A DNA stretch of 63,701 nucleotides, the filler included, from Bigelowiella natans CCMP2755 (lineage: Eukaryota; Protista; Cercozoa), in assembly GCA_000320545.1 (NCBI GenBank). It is 5 parts of 5 records of this genome, joined end to end, with 100 filler letters (N's around TTAATTAATTAA, not from the genome) between each part and the next. Parts side by side here need not be neighbours in the genome. Positions count along the whole stretch, not along the records: positions 1 to 31,461 come from ADNK01002060.1; positions 31,562 to 53,250 come from ADNK01002226.1; 3 more parts are not named here. One strand, 5' to 3'. The translations under genes were made by a program, and so were the position numbers. The notes under the pieces were generated by a model. That model was not told where the DNA came from and did no database searches. It saw only the letters and a list, made by a program, of their open reading frames with translations. Positions 26,181-39,907 of the stretch are shown one piece after another (the stretch's first letter is position 1; each line of letters begins with the position of its first letter).

Positions 26181-27166
26181 ATGTAATATATATATATATA
26201 TATTGAATACCGAACCTTGCTTCAATCACTGTTAGATCTTCGGATTTCGTAACCCCCAACTGTTTCGCTAATGACCATAGATCGTTTTTACCCAAAGGAG
26301 GAGCATGTGGTTTTGCGTTGGACTCGGCTTTGGGCTTGGGATTGGAAGCGGGCTTTAGCTTTGCTACGGTCTTAAGTTTTTTTTCTGAATAGAATAGAAT
26401 ACATTATCTGATCTATGTTGAATATATTGCTCTTACTTTTAGGTTTATTCCCTTTACCGCCTATTTATAGATTTGTGTTTGTATTACTCTTTTTCGTGGA
26501 CTCTGTTAGCACCTGTGGAACGAATCGGATGAATGCAAGACGAGGGAGTAACTTCAATGGTTAGTACCAACCTGTGATTCCGCTGCAGGTCTCTTTTTCG
26601 ATAGTTTCAGCTCGAGTTCGGCGAATTTTTGCATAAACCATTTATAAGTCGATGCATCAAACGTTTTTGCGGGATTTCCTTTTTTGTGTTTCAGTCCTTT
26701 TTCCTTTTGGGGGTTTTACGAAGATATAAAGTTAAAACTGAGATTATTTCGTACAACTATGTGGATGGGAAAGGACATGAAATGCACACACTGTAAATTT
26801 GCAACCAATACGGTGGTTCATACTACCAAAGGCACATATACAGAGGATCTTTCGTACATTGCATGCCTTCATCAGTTTATCCTCGTTCCAATCTTTATTC
26901 CTTTCTCTGAACTTCCTTCTAAGATCGACCATGGATTCATTAACTCTTTTGAATCCTTCTTCAAAATATTTTTTCTGCAAATGTAGACCAACTGATTATT
27001 GACAAGAGAGTGCAAGGGCTACCAAAGCTACCTGGATTTTTAGCAAGTCACCAGATTTAGCTTCCGTCAATTTCGCGTCGCACCATTTCTTATGCTTGCT
27101 GTTCAAAGTCATGCATTTACGGTAATCCTCTATGGACTGCCGGAGCTTATCTTTTTTACTTGTCAT
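24807..27166 (-). CDS. Mono-ADP-ribosyltransferase (ARTC, R-S-ExE clade) with Lys-rich N-terminal region
   Basis: AIHLYT...FYGTLNKLLR, VYRG, WWAISSTT, DIKKYSAVPGEAELII. Upstream exons carry KP repeats and the HEH-like LVELCKSNSVKGHSGKNIEALLDLI. Start at MTSKK (27166) is inferred. Confidence 0.85.
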
Positions 27167-27871
27167 GACTTCTATCCTTCCCTTCTACTGAAGTTAAACG
27201 TCCACCCCAACCCTAAGGAGTCTTGCGAGACGTTGAGATGGCAGATGATCATTTGGCAGTCAGCTCAGAAAAATCCTTTTGCGACAGAATAAATTCGTTG
27301 TCGTAGCTAAGAATCTCCAGGTTATGAACATCTTTTCCAACCCCAGAATCAGTTGGAATCTGGTGCGATGATTCATGGATGTTATTTTGCTGAAACTCAT
27401 AACCACCCGATCGCGTTTGCCCTTTGTTTATTTCATCCGAAACACTCTTTTTTATGTCGCAAAGCAAAATCCCAAACCCTGCTGAACTCTCACGCGAAGA
27501 AAATGCTCGGCTGTTCCTCCCACTCTAAAAATCCAGGAAATTGCAGTCGCTCCAATTTCTGTGAGTACGGAAAGATAGCCTTCAAGTTAGCTAATTTCAC
27601 CAGATTTTTTATCGCTCGGAAATAGAGACGTTTGTCGCATACGACTCGATTTATATCATGTCGCAGATAAAATATAGAGGTAATTTTTGAAGTTTGTTTT
27701 TTAGGCGCGCCGAGCTATTGTTTCTGAGCTTCCTCCATTGCAAGCGAACCGTCGTCCCCCCACCCATCACGCACCCCCCAACGAAACCGTGACCAGGATC
27801 TCTCCCTCTCTGCTCCCATCTCTTCTTCAGGAGTTTAAATTTAGGCGGCACCATGAGGTTGCTGGGTCTCG

Positions 27872-27936
27872 ATGGCGACCAGGGAATGGGGTAACACCTT
27901 CCCGAAATGCACAATGTGGTCCTCCGTTTTATCTTT

Positions 27937-27977
<41 letters not shown>

Positions 27978-28991
27978 CTCTCTCTCTCTCTCTCGCATGT
28001 ACATACACAGCAATTTTGAAGCTGAGGACGAGTACAGAGAGGACTCCTTCGCACGTGAGATCATTGAATCATTATACATTTTTATGATACACGTGTAGAC
28101 TTCTATAACATGTATAAACATTCACATTTAATGCGTGCTGTGGGGTTTCTTCAAAACGGATTAATTCAAACACGTCCCTATTTCATCGTAGGTGAGGATG
28201 ATGATGGAAGCGAAAGTAAGTAGAGAGATCCCTCCTCAGTTGAACCATGATCCAATATCCACACGGCTGTTCTAACTACCTTTTGCAGATTTCTGCTGGG
28301 AGAATCGTTCCAAGATTTATGACGATATTTATTGTATCCTCCAGGTGACGAGGATGAGGATGATGATGAAGATGAGGATGATGATGAAGATGAGGACGAT
28401 GACGAGGATGAAGATGATGATGAAGACGAAGATGAAGATGAAGATGAGGATGAAGATGAGGATGAAGAGGAGGATGATGACAATGAGGAGGGGGAGGAGG
28501 AGAAGGAGGAAGAGGATGAGATCGATGATAGCCATCTCGAATTGAAGGTATCTGAGATTCGTCTTCATTGCTATTTCTATTCTTGAGAAAAGATAGAATA
28601 TCAATTAGACTGTAGTCGGTTTTGTCTGAAAGCGTCATCGATGAAAGCAAACACCACGTGTTAACTTGGATGATACACATGAGAGCTTTAGAATCGGAAC
28701 AAATAATAAAATGTCATAAAAAATGAAATATCACTCCACCCAACGAGTGCTGCACAAGAACACCAAGCGTTTTCGCTATTCTGTTTTTTGAAGAATTATT
28801 CCAATGTTGTTGTCTTCTTTATTCTCCTCCATTGCCACGATCGATCTCAATAGGACAGGATAAGCAATCTTCTTACTAGAATTCAAGTGTCCCTTGATAA
28901 AGAGGAAAAGTATGTAGCACTCTCTCACTTCTTAAATTCTATGTTGCGGTACCACGAAAATGATCTTAATTCAGTTTAAAATGGTATATTG

Positions 28992-29029
<38 letters not shown>

Positions 29030-30071
29030 TATGTATATATGTATTTTAATCAACTGGTCGTATATATACATATATGCATTTAACAATTCGCTCGTTCATT
29101 GTGTCTACTACCATTTTTGTCGCAGGGAGCTCAAGCAAAAAGACAGCCGATTCCCGCATGTCATTGACAAAATTCGTGACATTTCATCGGAAGTAGAGGT
29201 ACAGTCGCCAGCTCACTTCTCCTTCATCGCGGAGAGAATTTGATACGTTCTCATTTCCGCAAAAACATGACCTACCAGCTGCATCAGCTATAACTTCGAT
29301 GTTCACCCATGCGAATCGTTGATTCAGGATGTAACGGAGACTCTGAGATCGAGTTTTGGCCTTGGCGTGGAAGACTTCAGCGCTGACGATGGGAAAGGGC
29401 ATAGCGCACAGATTCCCTATAACGTCTCTTCCATGATCGATGAGTCATCGTCCTCCTACAACTGGGGTGCAAAAGCTTCTGATCGTGAGCTTATGGTCAA
29501 TAACAGCACGCTAGCAAGTAGCAGCAGCAGCAGCAGTGATCGTGTTAGTAGTGCTCGTAGAAGTAGAAACATATCAAGGTTCTTCTGATTCTGTGATACG
29601 GAACTTCACCTATGCTTTCTTCCGATTTTGAAATTGTTTTTAGGGTTGATTACGAATGCGTGCCCGACGCACTATCATCATCAGTATTGTTATAATAACT
29701 GACCTAATGGCATGTCTTCATATCTCGTAAATATCGCAGCAACAAGGCGCCGGCGGCGGCGGGTCATTCCAGCATAACAGATCTTTCCAATCAAACGTGA
29801 ATCAAGGCGACAACAACGATGACAGCTTCGTTGATGATGATGATGATGATGATGGTGATGATGATAATGATGATGGTGGCGAGGATGAGGAGGAGGCGGG
29901 GGATGAGGGGACCATTGCTAGCTACGACGACAACGGATCTAGAGGAGGGGCGATGAGAAGTCGGAGTGGCAATTCTACGGCGGCTCGTGACTTGTATAGG
30001 TACTAGTGCTTTCTGCTGCTGCTGCTGCTGCTGCAGTGCGGGGTGATGATGAAAACGATGTCAATGGTGCT

Positions 30072-30113
<42 letters not shown>

Positions 30114-30179
30114 AGTGCGGGGTGATGATGAAAACGATGTCAATGATGCTCCACAAACACACACACACACACACACATG

Positions 30180-30216
<37 letters not shown>

Positions 30217-31310
30217 AACCCCACGCACACGATGAATTGCTCCTCCCAGGCACTACCCCGTCCCATACGAAGACGATTCTGCAAGTGTCACAACTGCCAT
30301 CACAGCTGCAAGCTATCGTTCGGAGCACCCCCACCCCCACCGCCAGCGACCACGGGGGGGGTACAGAAGGACACCAAGCTATCATGAACAGGCACATCCA
30401 GCGCGTGTGCATCGTCATCAACGGCGCTACGGCGGCACTGAAGACACCAACAATAACAACGGCTACAAGCAAATGTATGGCCAGTCAGCCGCACGGCAAA
30501 GAGGCTCAAGCCGCGGTGATTATCACCATCAGCATCATCCCCACCACCGCCATCATCGTGCTCGTAACAGCCATCAAGGGGGCCCCCCCCCCCCTCCTGG
30601 AATCCATCATCGCCACGATGTCACCCATTCCTACCCGTTGGGAGACGCCACGCCCAGGAAATCATATGCCCGAGGGGGGGGGGCTAAATCCTACCGCGCT
30701 CGGCCTGATACGCAACGTGGAAGAAACAGGCAGCACGAGTACATTCGCGGCGGGTATGGCGCCTCCCACCCGCCTTCTCACCGTCCTCATCATCGAGGGA
30801 GGAGAACTGGAGGGGGGGGGGGGAGTAGTGACCTGCGCTACAGCCAAGGACCTCAGCAACATCACCGTCGTACGCAGCAGTATAACCCAGAATCATTAAA
30901 TATGAGCAATCCTCACGCCTTCTACCCTTATCGTCAGAAGAATGCACCCTCCCGTGTTGTGGTAATTCATCAATTGTGTGGAAGCTTGCAGTGGCGAGCA
31001 GCAGAGAGGGGAAAGGGCATGAGAAGTAATGAATGTGTGTGTGTGTGTGCGTGTGTGTGAGTGTGTTTTTTCTGTGTGCAGGAGAACAACGGGCCGACCT
31101 CAGTGACATTCGGCGCAGGTGGAGGAGGGGGGAGGGGGGCAGCGGCTCAATCTTCTCAGCCATACAACTATCAGCAATACTACCAGCAACAAAATCCCTA
31201 TTTTAATGGAGGAGGAGGAGGAGGAGGAGGGGGGGGGGGCTAGCTTCCATTATCTCGCGTCGGCATTCATGGGGTTCCTGCGGGCCGCACAACAGCGGGT
31301 GGGGGCATGA
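27872..31310 (+). CDS. Hypothetical low-complexity protein (acidic D/E tract, His/Gly/Arg-rich C-terminus)
   Basis: Series of GT-AG exons, poly-D/E exon at 28345-28547, RGG/His-rich exon at ~30250-30950. Confidence 0.5.
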
Positions 31311-31461
31311 GAAAATAGAGGATCCAACTTTTCTTTAGACATCAACAACTCATACGTTCGTTATGAACAGGGGGCCGCGACCGCGCCACGGAGAGCTCGG
31401 GCGGGAGGGGGACGACAGTTGCCATTCTCACGCCCCCAGCGGGTGGAGATCATCTAGAGGA

Positions 31462-31561
31462 NNNNNNNNNNNNNNNNNNNNNNNNNNNNNNNNNNNNNNN
31501 NNNNNTTAATTAATTAANNNNNNNNNNNNNNNNNNNNNNNNNNNNNNNNNNNNNNNNNNNN
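31462..31561. other. Assembly gap spacer
   Basis: N44-TTAATTAATTAA-N44, an artificial six-frame-stop linker. Confidence 0.97.
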
Positions 31562-34291
31562 CACACACACACACACACAAACAGAGAAAGGGGCCAGGGG
31601 GAAAAGGAGAAAATAATAACAGATACGCTCTCATAACCTGCGGATAACTCGACAAAAGGCGGTTCGACGCTCGATCGTTTCTCAAAGGTGTACGCGACCG
31701 TCTTGGTCTCGAGTAAAAAGTTTGTTACGGCGACCCGAAATGTGTGGAGGCCATCCGTGCTGAAGTTCATCGATTCTAGCGTGAGACACGAAACGCCCGA
31801 GCACATGCGGTTGAGGTAGTTTATTAATGCGAGAAGCTTCCTCAGAACAGATGAGTAGTTCCAGGAAGCGATAGGGCTCGCCATCCAGAGCCTGTGCCAG
31901 ACATCAGTTCCATTAGGGTTTGTACAAAAAAAAACAAGATAAAAACAAGAGACACCGGGGAAGAGTAACCCCCTCTTCACCAACCTAGCATAACGGCATT
32001 GCCCCCCTCTTTCGATTCAAGGTGGTGGTTGATGGATTTTCTTCCACAAGACGCCAGGCCATGAGCTAAAACGAGTTCTCTAGAATTCCAAAGAAAATAT
32101 GTCGAGTTTTGAGGGGAGAGGGGGGGAGGGGAGGGGAGGGGGGGGCAGGGAAGTTGGGACAATATCCCAAGATCGTTGAAACCAACAAAAACGCTGGTAC
32201 ACAAACGCGCTCTATTTTCGTTCTCTGCCGCAAAATGTCTATTGTTTACGCGTTTTTGGGTTACGATCCATTTCTCACCGAAAGAAAGGGATTTTGAACG
32301 TCAAATTCAGCGTCATCAGCGTCAGATCAATCCCGGGGAATTTCACGTCAAATCCTGACCCAAAACAGCACCAAGAGCGCTAAGAGTTTTGCTGCGCTCA
32401 GGACGATGATAAACGTGAGATCTTCCACCGAGCACAGTCTCAATTCCCACACATTCAATAAGGTCTAAGGATGCCATCAATACCAGTTGAGTCGGTGCCG
32501 AAGTTGGCCTGAGCGCCCACAGAAATGATTCCTAAAACGTAAAGATAGGAGAAGGCGATCGATGATATGAGATTTTGGTCCCCCCCTCCCCCCCCAATTT
32601 AGGGAGGAGTGGTCATAAACGAATTAGAAATCTAAACCGCACAGCTGTGCCGTGCAATGGGAACGATCTTCGCCTTGGGTTCTGCAATACTAGAGTCTTT
32701 CTTTGCTCTCTTCTCTGTCTGTCCTCTTTATTTTAATGACACGTTTTGGCAGCATCATTCTTTCTACATCATCAGCATCATCAGCAGCAGTAGCGGACGC
32801 AGAGGCGCGGCCAAAACGGCACGCAATGACCGTGTGGGTGATAGCCGAAGAGGTAATTGTGTTTGGGGTCAAGTGGCGTTGTGCGCACAAGCCTGCACGG
32901 GTAGTAATCGGCCACCAATCTATAATGAGGGAGATGTCGGAAGATCTTCTTCAACCTGTAGGATCCATACAACACGGAATAGAATTACACAACATAACAA
33001 CTTCAGCACTGAGGCAAAGGGACGAAAACAGCCAAAAAAAACAACAAAATCCGCTACAAAGAGCCTCTGCGTGAGAAGCGCAGACCACCATATCCGCATC
33101 GATCGCCAACATTTAAACACGCGCTTCTTCGACGGGCATAGCGCACGAGAAACAATCATTTTCAGATGCTGTTTTGGACGCGTTGTTGCAGGCCACCAAG
33201 TGAGTCTTACCGCTTGTACCCCCCACGTGAGGGCGATTTGTCGATGTAAATCCAGGCGCCATACCCTAGCATGATGGTAAGGACGAACCAGTTGTCGCGG
33301 AAATACCTTTCAAGATGTTGCCAGCATTTAAATTTCAACACCCTCGTCGTTTTCGTTTGTTTGCTTGTTTCGGCGTAAGAATTATATATATAATAAATAG
33401 ATTCGTAATCCTAACAGTGCCATAGATAGCGACGGCGAGAGAACGGCAGTACAGAACAAATTTAGATGGGGGGTTGTGTGGAATGTTATATATATCATAC
33501 CATATGATGAAGACGTACGCTAAGAGGCACTCGATCATTTGCAGGGGGGCAAAGGTCAGTGCTATGACCAGCATCTGCATCCTTCGTTCCGGCGGTATGT
33601 ACATAGGTGCGAAGGGAAGGCCCGCGAGCTTGGCCAAAATAAGTAGAATAAAGAACGCAATAATGCGCTCATAGAAGCCTGGGAAATTTTTAGTGCAGCG
33701 GTGTTAATTTGCACTGAAGTCTTTCTTCCTCTGCTTCCTCTATCCTTTCCCTCTCTCTCTCTCTCTCCCCCCCCCCCCATGTGCCCCCCCCTCTCTCTCT
33801 CTGTATCTCTCCGCTTTTTCTGACTATTACCGGGGACGAAATAAAGGATATTGTATATCGTCAGTGAGATCAGAGCGGTTATAAGGCGCTTTGTACCCGT
33901 CGGAAATTCTAATGTAAGATCGAAGGAGGATTGCATGTTAAGCGAGGGAGGGAAGGCGGCAGCCAATCTAATTCTACTTTGGCGAAAACCTGTTCGATCG
34001 CTTGATTCCTGCTTCTTAATGCTAGCTCGCAAACGTGCGTTTTCATCCCGCAGTTCTCGCATCTCCCTGTGGGGTACGCAGATTTAAAACAGCAGCTTCC
34101 TTTCTATCCTCTACATTCTCGCCCGGCATCAAAACAGGTAAATAAAATCGGCCCCCATCTCCCCGCATCTTCTACCTGAGGAGATCTTCCCTTGTTTTCA
34201 CACTGTCCGTCTGTTCATCGTCCCCGGCACCATTCACCTGAGAGGGCAGGAGCTTCCCGCCCTCCCCCTTCTCGTCGATATCGTCAGGCAT
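31562..34291 (-). CDS. DGAT2: Diacylglycerol acyltransferase type 2 (3' end lost at gap)
   Basis: FAPMYIPPERRMQML, DYYPCRLVRTTPLDPKHNYLFGYHPHG|IISVGAQANFGTD, TLNLTFKIPFFRELVLAHGLASC, GNAVML. Start at MPDDIDEK (34291). Confidence 0.88.
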
Positions 34292-34689
34292 CGTGTTGTG
34301 ACAATGTGCTTTCATCTTCAACGCTAGAACGACATCGGTTGGAGTCTTGTCGCGAGAAACCTTTCCAGGGGAATTTTAGTGACTCTAAAAATTTCCACGA
34401 AATATCTGTCGCTCTCTGGCACGCGAGAAACTATTTACCCGAAAACTTCTAGAAATATCTCTCCTGCTCGTCGCTGCCTCCGATTTCGATTCTTTTTTTT
34501 CTTCAGGTTCAGGAACATTCCTGCTGGTGGTATTTCCCTACTTTTCTTTGTCGGAAGGGATTTTCGTTCAAGCGACAACTGTGGGAGAAAATCTGTGCGA
34601 ATTTTCCTCCTGAATTAATGTCAAATAACGATAAAATCCGCTACTGCCGGTGGACTTTTTCGAATTTTTGAATCTGATTGTCATTTCTA

Positions 34690-37600
34690 ATGCTTGTGGC
34701 CGTCCTTCTTGCGCTGTTGCAGGGTCCTTTGCACAGCAAGGCCTTCGAGCAGAAGTCACTCGATCCTGGCGACTTTCAGGGTGGAATAAGCACCGATCGA
34801 AAAGTTTCTCTCTTGGAGATATTGGATAATCTGGGATCGAATGTAAAGCGAATGTGCGATGCATGCGACGGAGTATTTAACGGAGGGCCGGATGATAGAT
34901 AAGTTTGGTGTTTCGGGCGATTAAAATGAAAGTATTTTCATAATTCGTGTGCAATAAATTCTATCTCTCTTAGCGGCGACGGTATGTTATTGAATTCGCG
35001 GTTTCGTAGGGTTAGCCATCTAGATTTCATTCTCACATTTCTGCTTTTATACACGATGACCACGAATCCCAGAATTTCAGCAAAATGCATACCTTGCTGA
35101 CACCTCGGTTTTTCCATATTTAGGAAACGCATCCTTTGAAAGATATGGACGGCAACGTGCGTTATCACGTGCTTCAGCGACTCAGGCGAAATGCAAAATC
35201 TGCAGCAAGCTCAGCCCAAATGCGCTTTAGGAAAGAAGATCCACGAATTCTCAAGTTGGTCGAGGACCAAATTAATGAAAATGGCACCGGGAAATACTCA
35301 CTACAGGAAATGAAGAGTCGTGGTGGCTTCGGGGAGGTAATGGGGGGGGGTTCTGACTGATTCATTGAGCACCAAAATCATCATCCCAATATACAATTTA
35401 CGATCGTTCTACTGTTTGATATAAAGATATATCTGTCTCGCGACTTAAGTAACGACAATCTAGTCGCTGTGAAGATAAGTTCTCTCGGTATATCACGCAC
35501 ATAGCTAGTCGTACATAACCCAAGAGCCTTAGTGTAGCTACGGCAGGATTTTCGAGACGAGAGCAGAGATAGTTCTTGATTCGCTCTAATAACCGACTTT
35601 CTTCCGATTTGCTGTGGAAATTGTGATGCGAAGTCCCGCATGCGAACTCGAAAAATCCAAAGGACATATTTCTCAACGAGGTGAAGATATTTAAGCTGAT
35701 CGAGGAAAAAGGTCACCGCGACGAGAGAGAGAGAAGATACCGCTAGGCTGTCCGTTGTGCTATCAGCAACGTGCTCATAATCTGTTTTGCGGAAGATAAA
35801 CAGAAGTAGAACTCCTCCAAATTTGCTCTCTCTTTTTTTTTTTTTTGGGGGGGGGGGGGGGGGGGTTGGTCTCATTTTTGAATTCGAAATACAAAAGTGC
35901 TGGTTTGCTTAGCTACTGCGGTTTATGTTCCGCGATGACGCGACGACGCACAAAGCTGCGCCAAAGGACGAAAATCTCTCGTTTCTGCATTAATCGCCTC
36001 TGTTTGGGCACCGATTCAACCTTCTGTGATGGGTAGTTTCATTATACGGTTTGCCATATTTACAGACATACCGAACCGCGTTGGCTTCATAGATCATTTC
36101 ATTCTCGAAGGAGGCCAAGCTGGTACCACACCATGAAACCACCACATCATGCAAACCCTTGTACCGACAGTAGACACGTTACTATCTATACGACCACTAG
36201 CATTGACAAAAGACGATGGAAACATCGGCAATGCCGTGGTCGTCTTGCTCCTCCGATATATCTGTGCGGTGAGGGGGTGGTTCGTTTGTGTTGAATGTGC
36301 GCAAATGAGAGCATCCGTGGAAATATTGCTTGCAACGCAATCCCCGATGAAACGGGTTAGCCAAAGCGGAGACATCGTTCGTCTTTGTCCTAACAAACGG
36401 GAGTCCTCTCCTTTGTCGAAGGACAGGCAACACTGTCGTGTTGCACTCAGCGCGCTCCCCCCCTCCCCAGCGTTCCTTTCCATCAAACATCCACGCGTGT
36501 ATTTATCTTACAAATATTGCCAGGCGCCATAGTGATGCAGTACATCAACGGAGGAGATCTCATGGCCAATACGAAAGACGGAAACAAAATGACTGCAAAG
36601 TATCAGCTCAAGTATAGAAGATGCATGAGAGACGTTCTCGCTTTCCTCGAGAAGGTAGATAGTGCATGTAAAGAAATGCGCTCTGCTGGAAGTTGAATAC
36701 GCACGCGTGGGTGTTGCGGTCGGGCAACGCTACTGCTCTTTTCTCCCATATCGCAGAAGAAGAGTCAATATGTATCGATATCTCCATATGTAACGCCCTT
36801 GTACATCGACGAGAGTTCGTGAGAATGCCAGATGGATCCTGCCGAAGCATTCTGACAAATCATGCTCATTCTGACAAATCATGCTCGTCATCATTTTTAT
36901 CAGCTCCATCAAAGCAACTTGATCCACGCGGACATCAAACCGGAAAACATCATGCTGCAAAAGAAATCCGATGGCAACGTAAGAGTTATTTTTTGAAATA
37001 ATAGATTGCGTATCTTACAGGAAAATCCTATCTACCCCCCTCCCCACGCACACATATCAATTTTTGGTCGTTTACGTTCGTATCAAAATTCCAAAACACC
37101 GGCTCGCTTTGCTATCGCTCATTCATGCGACTACATCCTTTGTGAAGCAACTCGAAACGCCTCGTCTAGTCCTTGTTAGTTTAGTCTGTATTCCTGGTTC
37201 TGAAACACACATGCATACAAACGCACGCACGTACGCACAAAAATAGATCACACGCATTTTCCTTGATACTTCTGGGTATATTTGAGTTTCACACGTTTGT
37301 CAAGAAAGAAGTGCAAAGTCAGAGCAATTAAACAGATCGCTACATAGCTTCTCTTACGATCTTTGCCCATAAATGCCAACGAGCGCTGCTTTCTACGATG
37401 GTGAAAATTAATAGGTACAATGCGTTGTTGTGGATTACGGTCTTGTGACTGAAGTAGTACCCCAATCTTCTACTAAGAAGAAGGTGAGTGGAGCAAGCTA
37501 ATGATGTTAATGCCAGTGAGTAATTATGGGGAATTTCAAGATACATATTGTCCCAATAACACATACTATGAATATTGATAGCGTTAAGAATTCGAAGGAA

Positions 37601-37863
37601 TTTACCCAGTGTTGGTAGCACAAATGAGGATCTTTCCACGACATCACACGTCTGCGTCATCGTAGAATAAAGCTTTCTTCGGAACCGAATTTTCTAGAAC
37701 ACTCACTCTTTGATTTCGCATTGCTATGTTTTCCCTTTATGATGCTAAGATTTCACGTAGAATATGCTCCGTGCTTCCACTCACAAGGCCTTCAACATCT
37801 TCGGAACCCCGTACTTTTAGAATTTGTAGTTGTGCGCGCGCGCTCTCTCTCTTTCTCTCTCTT

Positions 37864-37914
<51 letters not shown>

Positions 37915-38805
37915 GTGTGTGTGTGTGTGTGTTCCACACTCGTATCTGCATGAGTTATATCGGCTGTTGCGTTGCAATTTTGTGTTTATATGGACTCATC
38001 TAAGGAGCTACCTACCCCACGAATCAAAGCCTGCATATCCGGTATTATTGTAGAGAAGAACAATGTGAAACCTTGAGAGCGATGTTGAAATCTAAGAACA
38101 AAAAGGCACGGATGGATGTATTTTTCGAGCTTTTTGACATTGAAATTCTAGTTTATCACATGCCGCCAATTAGTTTAACCAGTAATTGCTTTTTTAGCTT
38201 GACTCGTCTCTGTGCATTGATTCTTCTCTCTTCTTTTCTGCTATGTGATTTCCTCTTCTTCTCCTTTCTTTTCCCATTCGTTTTCCCCCCACACCCCCAC
38301 CCTCACCCCCTCAAGATCCACAGTTTAGATATGTTCGCCTTCGGAGTTACGATGGTTCCGGTCTTCTATAGCTTTTATGACGAGGTTTTCAACTTCATGG
38401 TAATGACAAGTTACTTCAACTTCTTCATATACGAATGAATTGTAATATTATTAGCTAATATATACATATCAATGCAGGAGCAGAAACCAAAAAAACTGGG
38501 CAAAACGCCTAAGGATGTGCGATCGACGATTCTTGGCCTTCACAGAGGTATCATTCTAGCATTATAGGCACGAGCAGAGCGAGGGTTGCGTAATACACAG
38601 TAAATATGCTAGAAATCATAGATTCTTATCTGCATGAGTATACTCGAGCCATATAGACACTAGCACAATTCATATTGATTGCATTCGAATGACGCATAGC
38701 CTTTTCTGCCTAAACCTGCTCGAAAGAAAAGAAATTCTATCGCTCTCTGGATTCTATCTTTTCTCGGTTTTTCCCCTTAAAAGACTCGTTCTCCCGGTGT
38801 TTTGC

Positions 38806-38851
<46 letters not shown>

Positions 38852-39010
38852 TGAGCAGGCTTCATGAAAGGGGCAAGAGAACAGGACAAGGGGGCTGCAC
38901 GATACGTTGCAGACTACCTAATCCTTATATCCAATCTCCTGGTGGATTCGCCTGGAAACAGACTGGATGCCACGGCAGCACTTGCGGATAAAGCGATGCG
39001 TTTATCATGA
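34690..39010 (+). CDS. Ser/Thr protein kinase with N-terminal signal-peptide-like sequence (many exons)
   Basis: MLVAVLLALLQGPLHSKA, SRGGFGE, VAVK, IVMQYINGGDL, IHADIKPENIML, VVDYGL, GTP, DMFAFGV, LLVDSPGNRLDATAAL. Confidence 0.8.
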
Positions 39011-39509
39011 TGAGTAGGCTGCAGCAGATCAGCACGGGTACGCGCGCCACGAACATTCGAGCGCTCGATCTCCAATCATCGAATGTCAATATAAAGTGAG
39101 GTTCATTCCCGCATGAAAGCCGTCTAGGCGCATATTAGCATACGTTAGACACTTCTTGCCACTCAACGTACATGGCAGCCGTCATTGTTGCGCACGTGGC
39201 TTAGCTCGCTCTATATCGGTTACGGTCTAATAAGTAGCTATATACATAGCTAGACATTAATATAAAGCTGTGACGACGCACCGTTGCACATACGTACAGT
39301 GCATACGTATATGCTAGCTAGCTAGCTTGCATATAGCTGCTAGCTAGGCATGTCTAGATGTGTGCGAGCGACCTGACAGCGTAGCTCATTTCACACTTTG
39401 TGCTTACTTCATATCATATAATTGTTGCATAAGCACGACATGATATCGACAGACCAATGCAAATTGCAATGCGCATTTTCAAGCATGCAACATGTGACAA
39501 AGCTAGAAA

Positions 39510-39618
39510 GGAAACAAACAGACACAACTTAAGCGCTGTAGCCGCTGCATTCTAGCATTGCATAGCTACATTAGGATTACAATTGAAAAAATTTAAACAT
39601 TTCATTACATCCGTCTCA
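39510..39618 (-). repeat. Dispersed repeat family A, copy 4
   Basis: The reverse complement matches 23579-23685. Confidence 0.85.
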
Positions 39619-39907
39619 TCATTGTTGCATGCACCATCAACCAGTATGTAGCTGGTACAAAAATATAGTTGGCTCTGCATGTAGTCATGATGATTTAATG
39701 TAGCCATATGTTGATTTAATGACGATCGACAACTTGAAAGTTATTGCATCACGTGCACGTGCTATATCGTAATGTTTCGACACATGATGTGATAGCTTCA
39801 ACTGAGCTGGAATGTGCTACCAAAAATTGCAACGGGGATCGAGAAAGACAAAAAATTCACTTCGTCATTCTTTGCATCTCACTCCGTATTCGCGAAGATG
39901 ATGCTGC

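Noticed and set aside
31506-31517. TTAATTAATTAA palindrome recurring four times
   Set aside because: Always centred in a 100-bp N spacer, so it is an artificial contig linker.
36848-36886. 19-bp tandem duplication CATTCTGACAAATCATGCT
   Set aside because: Simple intronic slippage with two units and no spacers, so not CRISPR-like.
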